Shown piece after piece: positions 35,439-45,408 of a stretch of 64,000 bases of DNA. Location of the stretch: positions 123,292 through 187,291 of the forward strand of contig JABHBK010000067.1 in NCBI GenBank assembly GCA_018673915.1, read 5' to 3'. A model generated the notes under the pieces. It saw only the letters and a program-made list of their open reading frames with translations, made no database searches and was not told where the DNA came from. Source of the DNA: Nitrospina sp. GTDB lineage: Bacteria; Nitrospinota; Nitrospinia; Nitrospinales; VA-1. The position numbers were made by a program, and so were the translations under genes. The stretch's first letter is position 1. The number at the start of each line of letters is the position of its first letter.

Positions 35439-36965
35439 ATGAAGAATAACTTGCCCATCAAGCTTACTTTATATTTTGTCTCACTATTTCTTATCCTGAC
35501 TTCTTCAGTAAGTGCTAGTGATCCTTTGCCTCTGACTTTGAAGGAAACCATTGAAAGAGTATTAAAAAATAATATCAGCATTTCTGTTCAAGGCTACAAC
35601 TCGAAAATTAATGAGCAATCCATTTTCGAACAAGAGGCCGATTTTGACCCGACTGTGGATTTTGAGTTCTCAGTGGGTGAAGAGACTCGCCAGAGAGCAT
35701 CTACTCTTGCTGATGCTAAAACCAGAAATCAGGATTACGATTGGAATTTTTCTGTAACCCAGAAATTTGTTACGGGTGGTGATTACGAATTATCTGCGGA
35801 CAATAACAGGAACTTAAGCAATTCGACTTTTTCTTCTCTTAACCCCATATACTCATCAGATTTGGCTTTGACGGTTACTCAGCCCCTGCTCAAAGATTTT
35901 GGCATCGATCTCAACAAACGGGAAATTTATATCGCCAAAAACGATCAAGAGATTTCAGACCATCAATTCACAGAAAAAGTTATCGACACCCTCACAGAGG
36001 CTGAAAATATTTATTGGGATCTGGTTTTCAGCATTGAAGATCTGAAAGTCAAAGAAACCTCTCTGCAAAGGGCTCGGGATCTGGAAAAGCAGGTCAAAGC
36101 TCAAGTGGATGTGGGAACTCTTGCGGAGTTAGAAATTCTACAGGCTAAATCGGAGGTGGCCTCAAGAGATGAACAGCTTTTAAACGCGAAAAACTTAATA
36201 GATGATAATGAGGATAAACTTAAAAACGTCCTCAATCTTTCTTTTGATTCTGAAGAAGGTTTGAAAAACATTATTCCTGCTGATAGCCCAGTCTTTAAGC
36301 CGGGTAGTGAAAGCTCTTTAGAGGATTCGTTAAAAACAGCTCTGACGCAGCGCCCCGACCTTCTTGCCAAGAAAAAGGAACTGGATAATCGAAATATTGA
36401 AGCGAAATATAACGAAAATCAAATGTTCCCGACTCTCGATTTGGTTGGAAGTCTTGGTTTGAACGGATTAAGCGGCGAGTCTGCGACAACAGACGGTAGT
36501 TATGATTCTGCCTTGTCTGAAGTGTTTTCAACCAAGTTTCGTTTGTGGGAGTTTGGCATTAACTTGAGTTATCCGCTAGGAAACCGAGCCGCCAAAAGCC
36601 GTTTAGCAGCAAAAAGGTTGGAAGTGGCCCAGTTACTATTGGACATTAAAGAATTCGAAAAAAATATTGTAGTAGAAGTCCGTGAAGCCCATCGTCAGAT
36701 CGAAACAGATATCAAAAGAGTTCAAGCCACCAGGGTTGCCCGCAAATTTGCCGAAGAAAAGCTACATGCGGAAGAGAAAAAATTTAAGGTTGGACTATCA
36801 ACCAGTTTTAATGTGCTTGAATTTCAGGAAGACCTTGCAGAAGAGCAGAGTAACGAGATTAAAGCGGTCACCGACTACAATAAATCCCTTAACAGGTTGA
36901 ACCAGGTAATGGCTCGAACTCTTGAGACGCATGATATAAAACTGCAAGCAAATGAAGACTCATGA
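35439..36965 (+). CDS. TolC-family outer membrane efflux protein
   Basis: Signal peptide followed by two TolC-type repeat halves. 4-nt overlap with the adaptor gene. Confidence 0.85.
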   Translation: MKNNLPIKLTLYFVSLFLILTSSVSASDPLPLTLKETIERVLKNNISISVQGYNSKINEQSIFEQEADFDPTVDFEFSVGEETRQRASTLADAKTRNQDYDWNFSVTQKFVTGGDYELSADNNRNLSNSTFSSLNPIYSSDLALTVTQPLLKDFGIDLNKREIYIAKNDQEISDHQFTEKVIDTLTEAENIYWDLVFSIEDLKVKETSLQRARDLEKQVKAQVDVGTLAELEILQAKSEVASRDEQLLNAKNLIDDNEDKLKNVLNLSFDSEEGLKNIIPADSPVFKPGSESSLEDSLKTALTQRPDLLAKKKELDNRNIEAKYNENQMFPTLDLVGSLGLNGLSGESATTDGSYDSALSEVFSTKFRLWEFGINLSYPLGNRAAKSRLAAKRLEVAQLLLDIKEFEKNIVVEVREAHRQIETDIKRVQATRVARKFAEEKLHAEEKKFKVGLSTSFNVLEFQEDLAEEQSNEIKAVTDYNKSLNRLNQVMARTLETHDIKLQANEDS

Positions 36966-38293
36966 AAAAAGCCCTGCTTTTTGTCGGGGTGGCTATTCTC
37001 CTGGCTTACCTATACATATTTCCTTATAGCTCCAACGGTTCAAATGATGCCTCAAAACCAGTTTTTAAAACCGCTAAAGTCCAGCGTGGTGAACTATTTG
37101 TAAAAATTTCAGCTACCGGAATTGTAGAACCAAATTTCAAAGTAGAAGTTAAGTCTAAAGCCAGTGGTGAGGTTCTAGCTTTTCCTTTTGAAGAGGGAGA
37201 CCGTGTAAAAAAAGAGGTCCTTCTCTTACAACTGGATAAATCCGATGAACAGCGAAATGTTGCCAAAGCCCAGACAGAATTATCCAGTTCGGCTGCCAAA
37301 CTTAAAAAAGCCAGCACTGCTCTCCTGTTACAAAAAGCCAAATACGATAACGATATAAAATCCTCCCAATCAGAAATTGAAACAGCTCTTGCTAATTTAA
37401 AAGATTCAGAAGATAAGCTCAAACGTCAAAGTGAATTATTTGATAAAAAGTTTATCTCTCAAGAGTCATTGGAAACCGCTAAAACTCTTTTTAAAGTAAA
37501 CCAGGAAAAACTTATCCAGGCCCAAACCCAGCTTCAAAAAGCTGTGGATTCCATTCACGATATAGCGATGAAAGAAAATGAGATCGAGCTTGTACAGTCT
37601 GAGGTCAAAAGGTCTGGAATAGCCGTAGATGAAGCGGAAGAAAGGTTGGATGAAACAGAGATATTTGCTCCCATCAATGGAATCATCATTGAAAAATTGA
37701 TAGAAGAAGGACAAATAATTGCTTCAGGAATTTCTAATGTAAGTGGTGGTACTGCAATTGCTACCATTGCCGACATGTCTCGATTGTTCATCATTGCAGA
37801 TATTGATGAAACAGATATTGGGTCGGTTAAAATAGGCCATGCCGTACAGATTACAGCCGATGCATATATCGATAAAACTTTTAAAGGTAAAGTTACCCGC
37901 ATTGCTCCTCAAGGAGTTGTAGATAACAGCATTACTATTTTTAAAGCAAAAATAGAAGTCCAGGGTAAAGGGAAATCCTTGCTCAAACCCATGATGTCAG
38001 CAAATATCGATATTGTTACCCATCAAGTCAGTGATGCTGTTTATGTTACCCGGGCAGGTATTCGCAAGGATGACGAAGGGGAATTCGCAATGGTATTAAA
38101 GAATGACCAACCCGAAAAAGTTCAAGTTCAAACCGGTGTCAAAAATCCCATTGATGTCCAGATAATTAGCGGATTGGATTTGAATGAAGAGGTGATATTG
38201 GGGGACTGGGAAAAAATTCTCAAAGAAGCTCAGGAAAATAAGGATAAAGGCTCTTCCCTCAGAAAAATACTTTGGATGATACGATCTAAGTGA
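36962..38293 (+). CDS. HlyD/MacA-type periplasmic adaptor subunit
   Basis: N-terminal anchor, a long coiled-coil hairpin, then barrel-sandwich and beta-barrel regions (IFAPINGIIIE...). Confidence 0.85.
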   Translation: MKKALLFVGVAILLAYLYIFPYSSNGSNDASKPVFKTAKVQRGELFVKISATGIVEPNFKVEVKSKASGEVLAFPFEEGDRVKKEVLLLQLDKSDEQRNVAKAQTELSSSAAKLKKASTALLLQKAKYDNDIKSSQSEIETALANLKDSEDKLKRQSELFDKKFISQESLETAKTLFKVNQEKLIQAQTQLQKAVDSIHDIAMKENEIELVQSEVKRSGIAVDEAEERLDETEIFAPINGIIIEKLIEEGQIIASGISNVSGGTAIATIADMSRLFIIADIDETDIGSVKIGHAVQITADAYIDKTFKGKVTRIAPQGVVDNSITIFKAKIEVQGKGKSLLKPMMSANIDIVTHQVSDAVYVTRAGIRKDDEGEFAMVLKNDQPEKVQVQTGVKNPIDVQIISGLDLNEEVILGDWEKILKEAQENKDKGSSLRKILWMIRSK

Positions 38294-38300
38294 GGTTGCA

Positions 38301-38984
38301 TTGATTGAGGTCGAAAGGCTTTCTAAAGTCTATGAAATGGGAGAGCAAAAGGTATCCGCTCTGGCCGGGGTAGATTTTACAATTAAAAAGGGTGAGTTTG
38401 TTGCCATCATGGGGCCTTCAGGGAGTGGAAAGTCTACTCTTATGAATCTATTGGGGTGCCTGGATTTACCCTCTTCCGGAACTTATCGGTTGGAAAATCT
38501 GAATATTCAGGACTTGAAGCCCAACCAATTGGCAGAAGTCCGAAACCGCAGGATAGGTTTTGTTTTTCAGAGTTTCAATCTTTTGCCTCGCGCCTCTGCG
38601 CTTGAAAACACCGAATTACCACTCCTCTATGGTCGGGTTCCTAATGCAAAAGAAATCGCATTACAGGCACTCGACAGGGTCGGTCTGGCCCATCGAGCCA
38701 AGCATAAACCCACCGAATTGTCAGGCGGCGAACGTCAGCGTGTCGCTATAGCAAGAGCCTTGGTGAATAGCCCTGCTATAATTCTTGCGGATGAACCTAC
38801 TGGAAATCTTGATTCTACAACGGGTAGGGAAATCATGAAGCTTTTCCATGAATTGAACCAAGAAGCAGTTACCCTGATTTTAGTTACCCATGAACAGGAA
38901 GTGGCGCAACAGGCAAAGAGAATCATCCAAATGAGAGATGGAAAAATCGTGACAGACGAATTGAATGGAGTTGAATCGTGCTGA
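38301..38984 (+). CDS. MacB/LolD-type ABC transporter ATP-binding protein
   Basis: Walker A GPSGSGKST, signature LSGGERQRVAIARA and Walker B IILADEPT. TTG start after GAGGT. Confidence 0.92.
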   Translation: MIEVERLSKVYEMGEQKVSALAGVDFTIKKGEFVAIMGPSGSGKSTLMNLLGCLDLPSSGTYRLENLNIQDLKPNQLAEVRNRRIGFVFQSFNLLPRASALENTELPLLYGRVPNAKEIALQALDRVGLAHRAKHKPTELSGGERQRVAIARALVNSPAIILADEPTGNLDSTTGREIMKLFHELNQEAVTLILVTHEQEVAQQAKRIIQMRDGKIVTDELNGVESC

Positions 38985-40186
38985 TATGGGTTTTGTTTAA
39001 AATGGCGCTTAGAAGCCTTGTGACCCACAAACTCAGAACGTTTTTGACTGCGTTGGGAATTATCATCGGCGTGGCATCGGTGATTTCTATGATTTCGATT
39101 GGCGAGGGAGCGAGAAGTCAAACTCAGGACACGATTTCCAAATTTGGCACAAATATCATCACAGTCAAACCGGGCCAAAAGAAATCAAGACATGTGACAA
39201 CCGGCAAGGTCGACACCCTCACCCTTGATGATGCCGAATACATAAAAGCAAATATACCTCTTATCACAGGTGTAGCAGCACAAGTTTACAGGTCTGCCCA
39301 ACTTAAATTTGAAAACAAAAATACCAACACAACAGTTCGGGGAACGGGGGCGAGTTATGCACGATTAGCTAATTTTGAGATGGATCTTGGGCGCTATTTC
39401 AATATTGAAGAGATTAAGTCTGCGAAAAGAATTTGTGTATTGGGGTCCACGGCTTTAAAGAATTTATTTGCTGGCATCAACCCATTGGGTAAAACGATTA
39501 AAGTAAATGGGAAAAACTTTTTAGTCATTGGGACTACAGTTCCGAAAGGTGCCTTAAGCTGGTTTGATCCTGATGATCAGATATTTATTCCGGTCACAAC
39601 CGCACAGAAAAGAGTTTTTGGTATAAAGCACGTCCAATCTATTGATGTGCAGGCGGGAAAAATTGAAGACTTGGAAACAATTATAGAAGACATTACCCGA
39701 GTTCTTAGGCAGAAACATAATATTCTTGAGGGTAGAGAAGACGACTTTTATGTACAGAATTCTGCCCAGTTTTTGCGTAGCTGGGGTGACTCAGCCAAAA
39801 CTTTTACCTACCTGTTAGGGGGTATTGCCGCCATCTCATTAATGGTTGGAGGTATTGGTATCATGAATATAATGTTGGTTTCTGTTACGGAACGCACCCG
39901 TGAAATTGGAATCCGAAAGGCCTTGGGGGCGAAGAAAAAAGAGATTCTGGAACAATTCCTGATAGAATCCGTTTTAATCAGTTTTCTCGGGGGCGGCATA
40001 GGAATATTGCTGGGTATTGGGATCTCGCGTTTTGTTTCAGATATTGGAGGGTGGGAGACGATAGTATCCACTCAGTCGATTATTCTGTCCTTTGGTTTTT
40101 CAGTGGCAATAGGAATATTTTTCGGATTCTACCCTGCCAATAAAGCCGCCAATTTGAATCCAATAGATGCACTTCGTTATGAGTAA
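38978..40186 (+). CDS. MacB-type ABC transporter permease (FtsX-like)
   Basis: ALRSLVTHKLRTFLTALGIIIGV N-terminus, a large periplasmic domain and a C-terminal FtsX-type 3-TM bundle ending YPANKAANLNPIDALRYE. Confidence 0.9.
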   Translation: MLIWVLFKMALRSLVTHKLRTFLTALGIIIGVASVISMISIGEGARSQTQDTISKFGTNIITVKPGQKKSRHVTTGKVDTLTLDDAEYIKANIPLITGVAAQVYRSAQLKFENKNTNTTVRGTGASYARLANFEMDLGRYFNIEEIKSAKRICVLGSTALKNLFAGINPLGKTIKVNGKNFLVIGTTVPKGALSWFDPDDQIFIPVTTAQKRVFGIKHVQSIDVQAGKIEDLETIIEDITRVLRQKHNILEGREDDFYVQNSAQFLRSWGDSAKTFTYLLGGIAAISLMVGGIGIMNIMLVSVTERTREIGIRKALGAKKKEILEQFLIESVLISFLGGGIGILLGIGISRFVSDIGGWETIVSTQSIILSFGFSVAIGIFFGFYPANKAANLNPIDALRYE

Positions 40187-40211
40187 CCCCTAGACGCGGG
40201 GCCGACTAGCT

Positions 40212-41687
40212 ATGGATATTCACCCTGACAGGAATACATTTAACCGATTGGTGGCATCCTCCTCGCGCGTTCCTGTCTGCGGCCAGCGTAAAACCCCCAA
40301 CCTGAACCTGTCTCATTTATTTCAGCATCTTTTTCAGGACACTGAAAACACATTCTTGTTTGAAAGCGGGAAAGGTCCTGAAGAGACAGCTCGTTACTCT
40401 TTAATGGGGCGGGCCGACTCTAAAGTTTTAGAGATTAAAGGACAACAGGCATGTCTGTATAAGGAAGGCATACGGGTAAAAAAGTGGGATCGACCTAATT
40501 CTGCATTACAATTATTGGATTTTGAAAAACATGTACACCCGGTCGACTACCTTCCTCATTTTTGGGGCGGTTGGGTAGGGTTTATTGGTTACGAAGCCGG
40601 CGCGTGGTTTGAATCCTTGCCAGTCAGAGAATCTTCTGCGAATAATTTTCCTGATCTTTCGTTTATGCAAATCGAACGGCTTTATTTGTATGACCATTTA
40701 ACCCATGAATTGAAATATATTGTTTCTTCAAAATCAAATGAGCCAGGTTGTAGTTATGATGAGCTTTGTGGCGAAATCAAAAGCACCTGGAAAGAACTAC
40801 TTCTAATTTTAGAGGAAATCGGAGAGAGAACAGATTCCGAAGTCCCCTCCTCTCATTTCAAACAGTCATCTGGACTGAGCTCTAATCTAAGCAAGGCGGA
40901 CTACACCGAACGGGTGGAAAAGGCCAAAGAGTATATTCGAGAAGGCGATGTTTACCAGACCAATCTAGCACAAAAATTTGAAACCCACTTTACAGGAAAC
41001 CCATTCGAACTCTATGCGAATCTTAGAAAGGTTAATCCTTCTCCCTTTTCAGGATATTTAAATTTTAAAAATTTTTCCTTGGTTAGTTCTTCTCCTGAAC
41101 GGTTGGTGAAAGTCCACGAGCATTCTATTGAGACACGGCCCATTGCGGGTACCCGACCCCGAGGCAAGGAAATTGAAGAGGATCAAGCTCTTTCAGCTGA
41201 ATTATTATTGAACCCTAAAGAACGTGCCGAACATTTAATGCTGGTTGACTTGGAGCGTAATGATTTAGGGCGCATTTGCGAGGCCGGGTCAGTTAATGTT
41301 ACCGACTTTATGTTTCTGGAAAAATATTCTCATGTGAGCCATATTGTTTCAAATATAACCGGAGACCTAAAGCCCGAAACGAGTGTTTATGATATTTTGA
41401 AGTCAGTTTTTCCTGGAGGAACTATTACGGGTTGTCCCAAAATTCGTTGTATGGAAATTATTTCAGAACTGGAACCGGACTTGAGAGGCCCCTATTCCGG
41501 CTCATTTGGATATATAGGATTTGGACCTTATATGGATTTAAATATAATTATTCGATCTATAGTGATTTCCAATAAAGTAGCCTGTTTTCATGTGGGAGCA
41601 GGCATTGTGGCTGACTCTAATCCACAAAAAGAGTATCAGGAAACACTGGACAAGGCAGCTGCAATGATACAAGCCTTATCATCTTAG
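40212..41687 (+). CDS. pabB: aminodeoxychorismate synthase component I (chorismate-binding enzyme)
   Basis: Chorismate-binding motifs SPERLV, RPIAGTRPRG, NDLGR and PGGTITGCPK. Called PabB rather than TrpE because pabC follows. Confidence 0.75.
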   Translation: MDIHPDRNTFNRLVASSSRVPVCGQRKTPNLNLSHLFQHLFQDTENTFLFESGKGPEETARYSLMGRADSKVLEIKGQQACLYKEGIRVKKWDRPNSALQLLDFEKHVHPVDYLPHFWGGWVGFIGYEAGAWFESLPVRESSANNFPDLSFMQIERLYLYDHLTHELKYIVSSKSNEPGCSYDELCGEIKSTWKELLLILEEIGERTDSEVPSSHFKQSSGLSSNLSKADYTERVEKAKEYIREGDVYQTNLAQKFETHFTGNPFELYANLRKVNPSPFSGYLNFKNFSLVSSSPERLVKVHEHSIETRPIAGTRPRGKEIEEDQALSAELLLNPKERAEHLMLVDLERNDLGRICEAGSVNVTDFMFLEKYSHVSHIVSNITGDLKPETSVYDILKSVFPGGTITGCPKIRCMEIISELEPDLRGPYSGSFGYIGFGPYMDLNIIIRSIVISNKVACFHVGAGIVADSNPQKEYQETLDKAAAMIQALSS

Positions 41688-41700
41688 TTTAAGGAAGGCT

Positions 41701-42567
41701 ATGCAGGATTCCATCGTATATTTAAATGGATTGTTCACATCCCTTGGGAATGCAAAAGTTTCCATTTTAGACCGTGGTTTCTGTTATGGCGATGGGCTGT
41801 TTGAAACCATGCGTGTCTGTAAGGGGAAAGTCTTCAAGCTGGATCTTCATATCAATCGATTGTTCCAATCACTACCCCTGGTTTTTATCGATTTACCCAT
41901 GACTGGAGAAGAGGTTAAGTCAGTTATTCAGGATACCCTGACTCGCAATAAATCTAAAAATGCGATTCTTCGATTAACCGTTACCCGAGGTATTAGTGCA
42001 TTAAATTTCCAGATGGACCCCGAAGCTCCACCCACTTTGGTTGTTCATACCAGGCCTTATATTCCTTTGCCAAAAAACATTTATAGCAAAGGAGCTAGGA
42101 TTTCCCTGCTCCCCATGAAGGTTTCTGGTTTACCAAGTGTAGATCGAGGCTTAAAAACATGTAATTTTCTATCAAATATTCTCATCCGCGAAATTTCTAT
42201 ACGTAAAGGAAGCATGGAAGGAGTTATTGTTGATCCTGTTCTGGGTGTGACGGAAGGGGCAACCAGCAATCTATTTATTGCAAAAAATGGGGTTCTTATT
42301 ACACCGGCAATTAATGATTGTGTGCTAAAAGGAATCACTCGTTCGGTTGTCATTACAATCGCAAGGGAGCATAAGGTTCCTGTAGAAGAAAAAATTTTGC
42401 TGCCAGAAGACGTTCTGACTGCTGATGAAGTGTTTATTACTAATTCTGGAATAGATATTGTTCCTGTGATCCGCGTGGATGACACATATATTGGAAACAA
42501 AAAACCTGGTATTTTAACTCGTTTCTTACAAGATGAATTTTTAAAAGAAATTGAAGAGTGTCGATAA
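41701..42567 (+). CDS. pabC: aminodeoxychorismate lyase (class IV aminotransferase fold)
   Basis: DRGFCYGDGLFET, RLTVTRG and GITR motifs of fold-type IV PLP enzymes. Confidence 0.75.
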   Translation: MQDSIVYLNGLFTSLGNAKVSILDRGFCYGDGLFETMRVCKGKVFKLDLHINRLFQSLPLVFIDLPMTGEEVKSVIQDTLTRNKSKNAILRLTVTRGISALNFQMDPEAPPTLVVHTRPYIPLPKNIYSKGARISLLPMKVSGLPSVDRGLKTCNFLSNILIREISIRKGSMEGVIVDPVLGVTEGATSNLFIAKNGVLITPAINDCVLKGITRSVVITIAREHKVPVEEKILLPEDVLTADEVFITNSGIDIVPVIRVDDTYIGNKKPGILTRFLQDEFLKEIEECR

Positions 42568-42607
42568 ACATGATAACTTTTCAAACTAAACATTTTTGGA
42601 TATTTCT

Positions 42608-43057
42608 ATGACTGAACAAAACCGTTTTCATGACAACCCTTCTGGGGTAATTACAGATACTAAACTTAAAAATGAGTGGCTGCCAAAAGACTCTTGGGGA
42701 GATTTGGGCCAGTGGAGAACCTTTGATGAGGCTCAAGGGTATATCCTGACGATGAATCAGGTCTATGCAGGTGGGTTTTGTGACTGGCGGCTTCCAACCC
42801 GAGAAGAGGCAGAAAGCTTATTCGATTCAGAATTGAATCAAAAGGACTGGGAAGATGAGCTTGTTCATATTAATTCACTATTTGTTTCCAAATGTGCCCA
42901 TTTCATGTGGATCAAAGAAACGAATGACAAGCAACAAGCTAGTCGGATTAATCTCAGAAATGGCGAAGTGGAATGGGTCGACCGTAATACCCGGGAGCAT
43001 CAATCAGCAAGGTTAGTGCGGGATACTAAATCTATACGGGTGGCAGGTGATATTTAG
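42608..43057 (+). CDS. DUF1566 (Lcl C-terminal-like) domain protein, paralog 2
   Basis: KDSWGDLGQWRTFDEA...DWRLPTREEAESLF. Start set at the first ATG, 42608. Confidence 0.6.
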   Translation: MTEQNRFHDNPSGVITDTKLKNEWLPKDSWGDLGQWRTFDEAQGYILTMNQVYAGGFCDWRLPTREEAESLFDSELNQKDWEDELVHINSLFVSKCAHFMWIKETNDKQQASRINLRNGEVEWVDRNTREHQSARLVRDTKSIRVAGDI

Positions 43058-43101
43058 CAAAAACTAATGCTTATCAGGACGTAAGGACGAATATCGCAGC
43101 T

Positions 43102-43500
43102 CTAAACCTGGAGATCCCAAACTTTATTCCAGAAATCTGCAGAATACATACTATCGTATTGTCCCGTTTTATAAGTCTCACCTGAAACTATTTTTTCTTC
43201 GACGCCGTTTTGCTTTGAACTAACGATAGAAACATCAGCATGTTTAGTGAGAGTGAAACCGTTAAATAAAGTTCCTGAAAGCGTGGGTTCAAGGTAAAGA
43301 GGAAACTTTCTGGCAGATCTAACCCCCGGTTCATGCAGGTCAACACATAGCACTTCCCCATCCACCCAGCACGCTATAATTTGGCTTTCCTCTTTACCAG
43401 TGGCAAAAATTTTATTGCCTACACGCACCGCATGAATTGGCTGAGGGGAGCCCTTGCACCAAATTTTACCTGAATCGCAAATTTCTACCATAATTCCCAA
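43102..43500 (-). CDS. hypothetical protein (132 aa)
   Basis: Intact ORF predicted to be beta-rich. No recognisable motif. Confidence 0.4.
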   Translation of the reverse strand: MGIMVEICDSGKIWCKGSPQPIHAVRVGNKIFATGKEESQIIACWVDGEVLCVDLHEPGVRSARKFPLYLEPTLSGTLFNGFTLTKHADVSIVSSKQNGVEEKIVSGETYKTGQYDSMYSADFWNKVWDLQV

Positions 43501-43621
43501 ACGGCTCCTTGAATAGGATGGATTTTTCTGTAATCCTCAAATTTAAATGAGTGTTTTACTTGCTTAGCAATTTATATCATAATTTTGATAATAATCACTG
43601 TTCAGTAGGGCAAATAACTCA

Positions 43622-44764
43622 TTGAGCGAACAATTTTTTAAACGGCTTGAAAAAGAATTAAGCACCAGCCGCGAAAATAATCTTTATCGTGAGGTCAAAA
43701 ATTTTCCTGAGTGCAAGGTCAATCTTTGTGCCAATGATTATTTTCAATTGCGGCACGACCCCCGAGTGATTGAGGGTGCTAAAACTGCTTGTGAGAAGTA
43801 TGGGACGGGAAGCGGTGCTTCTCCCCTCCTCTCAGGGTTTCTCCCTTGCCATCAAAGTTTGCTGGATCAATTGTGCATTTGGAAGCACAAAACTCATGGG
43901 ATGCTTTTCAATTCAGGATTCATGGGTAACCAGGCTGTCTTAAAGCATTTGCCTGGTAAAAATGATATTGTACTTGCAGATAAACTGATCCATCATTCCA
44001 TCGCCCAAGCACTTCTTCAAGGCTCAGCCCGATTCAAACGTTACCATCATCTCGATTTAGAACATTTGCAAGAATTGCTGGAAACTCACCATAAAGAATA
44101 CGAAACAGTTTTTGTGGTTACGGAAAGTGTTTTCAGTATGGATGGGGATTACCCAGATTTAAAAAAACTTACCGCTCTAAAGAAAGACTATCCGTTTATA
44201 CTGATTTTGGACGAGGCTCATGGAACCGGTGTATTTGGTGAAACGGGTGGTGGGCTCGCAGAGGAAATGCAGGTCCAGGATCAAGTGGATATCCTTATTG
44301 GCACACTGGGTAAATCATTAGCTAGTATGGGAGCATATGTTCTTACTGACTCGTCAACCATTATCGATTTTCTCGTCAACCGGGCAGGAGAATTTATATA
44401 TTCCACCTTTTTATCACCGGCTCAAGTGGGTGCGGCTGAAGCAGCACTTAAGATTTTACGTGTCGCAAAAGAAGAACGCAGATATTTACAGGAAATTTCG
44501 GGTAGTTTCCGAAGAATTCTTAAAATAAAGGAGAGGGAGAAAATTTTATACCCCTCCCCTATTGTCCCGGTAATAATTGGAGACCCTGTTAAGACCATTG
44601 AGCTTAGAAATACTCTTCTGCAACATGGAATTTTGGTGGGTGCCATTCGACCCCCTACTGTACAACCTCATACATCGAGGCTGAGAATTTCGCTGCATAC
44701 AGGAGTAAAACAAGAAACCCTCGAAATGCTTGGTGATTTATTGCTGCAATGGATAAAATCTTAA
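43622..44764 (+). CDS. bioF: 8-amino-7-oxononanoate synthase
   Basis: Alpha-oxoamine synthase layout with the PLP-lysine context GTLGKSL and the DEAHG motif. TTG start. Confidence 0.88.
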   Translation: MSEQFFKRLEKELSTSRENNLYREVKNFPECKVNLCANDYFQLRHDPRVIEGAKTACEKYGTGSGASPLLSGFLPCHQSLLDQLCIWKHKTHGMLFNSGFMGNQAVLKHLPGKNDIVLADKLIHHSIAQALLQGSARFKRYHHLDLEHLQELLETHHKEYETVFVVTESVFSMDGDYPDLKKLTALKKDYPFILILDEAHGTGVFGETGGGLAEEMQVQDQVDILIGTLGKSLASMGAYVLTDSSTIIDFLVNRAGEFIYSTFLSPAQVGAAEAALKILRVAKEERRYLQEISGSFRRILKIKEREKILYPSPIVPVIIGDPVKTIELRNTLLQHGILVGAIRPPTVQPHTSRLRISLHTGVKQETLEMLGDLLLQWIKS

Positions 44765-45408
44765 CGATAACCGCAATTTCTGGATGGGCACTACCCCGTA
44801 AATGGTTTGCTGATGTGGTGACCTCTACTTTTCCCGGTTCCCGCATTGAAGTTGTTTATCCGGAAACACCCGAAAACCCTGAAGAAGCAGAAATTTTGCT
44901 GGAGCGAAACCCTGCAGATCTATACATAGGATATTCACTAGGCAGCCTTTGGTTATTGAAATACAGATATTTATTGCCTGACACCGCCAAAAAGGCTCTA
45001 TTGGCCCCAATTTTATCGTTTTTGAAGAAAGATGGGTTGGGAGGAACCACTTCTGAAACACAATTGAAGTACCTGTCTAGAATTTTAAAGCAGAATGATG
45101 ACAGACAAGCTACCCTAAAGAATTTTTTTTCTTACTCAGATCTACCTTTTTCTGAAAAAATGATAGACCAGATACCTGATAGAGAGATATTGTTGAGAGG
45201 ACTGGAATTTCTGAAATCATGCCAAGCAAAAGGTGAGGATGCGAAAAAATTTTTGTCCATCTTGGGAGAAAATGATATTTTCATTGATGGAGATTTGCTT
45301 AAGAGGCATATTCCCCATTTGGATATTGTTCAGGGAGCAGGACATGCTCCCGGAAAACTGTTAGAACGTCTAGCAGGTCGGATGAATTGGAACACAGATA
45401 ATATATGA
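44749..45408 (+). CDS. alpha/beta hydrolase, probable pimeloyl-ACP methyl ester esterase (BioH-like role)
   Basis: Nucleophile elbow GYSLGS and C-terminal GAGHAP. Located between bioF and bioC, overlapping bioF by 16 nt. Confidence 0.6.
   Translation: MDKILTITAISGWALPRKWFADVVTSTFPGSRIEVVYPETPENPEEAEILLERNPADLYIGYSLGSLWLLKYRYLLPDTAKKALLAPILSFLKKDGLGGTTSETQLKYLSRILKQNDDRQATLKNFFSYSDLPFSEKMIDQIPDREILLRGLEFLKSCQAKGEDAKKFLSILGENDIFIDGDLLKRHIPHLDIVQGAGHAPGKLLERLAGRMNWNTDNI

Noticed and set aside
37024-39178. Antisense ORFs 37024..37422, 37555..37902 and 38735..39178 in the efflux operon
   Set aside because: They lie opposite well-supported adaptor and ABC ATPase genes and have no motifs of their own.
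42081-42593. ORF 42081..42593 (-, 170 aa)
   Set aside because: It is antisense to pabC, whose product has clear class IV aminotransferase motifs. The antisense product is low-complexity and Ser/Ile/Arg-rich.
43529-43560. Possible BirA operator upstream of bioF (TGTAATCCTCAAATTTAAATGAGTGTTTTACT)
   Set aside because: Only about 10 of 16 positions pair as an inverted repeat, and the half-sites GTAA/TTAC are short. The match to TGTAAACC-N-GGTTTACA-type sites is too weak to call without a genome-wide motif model.
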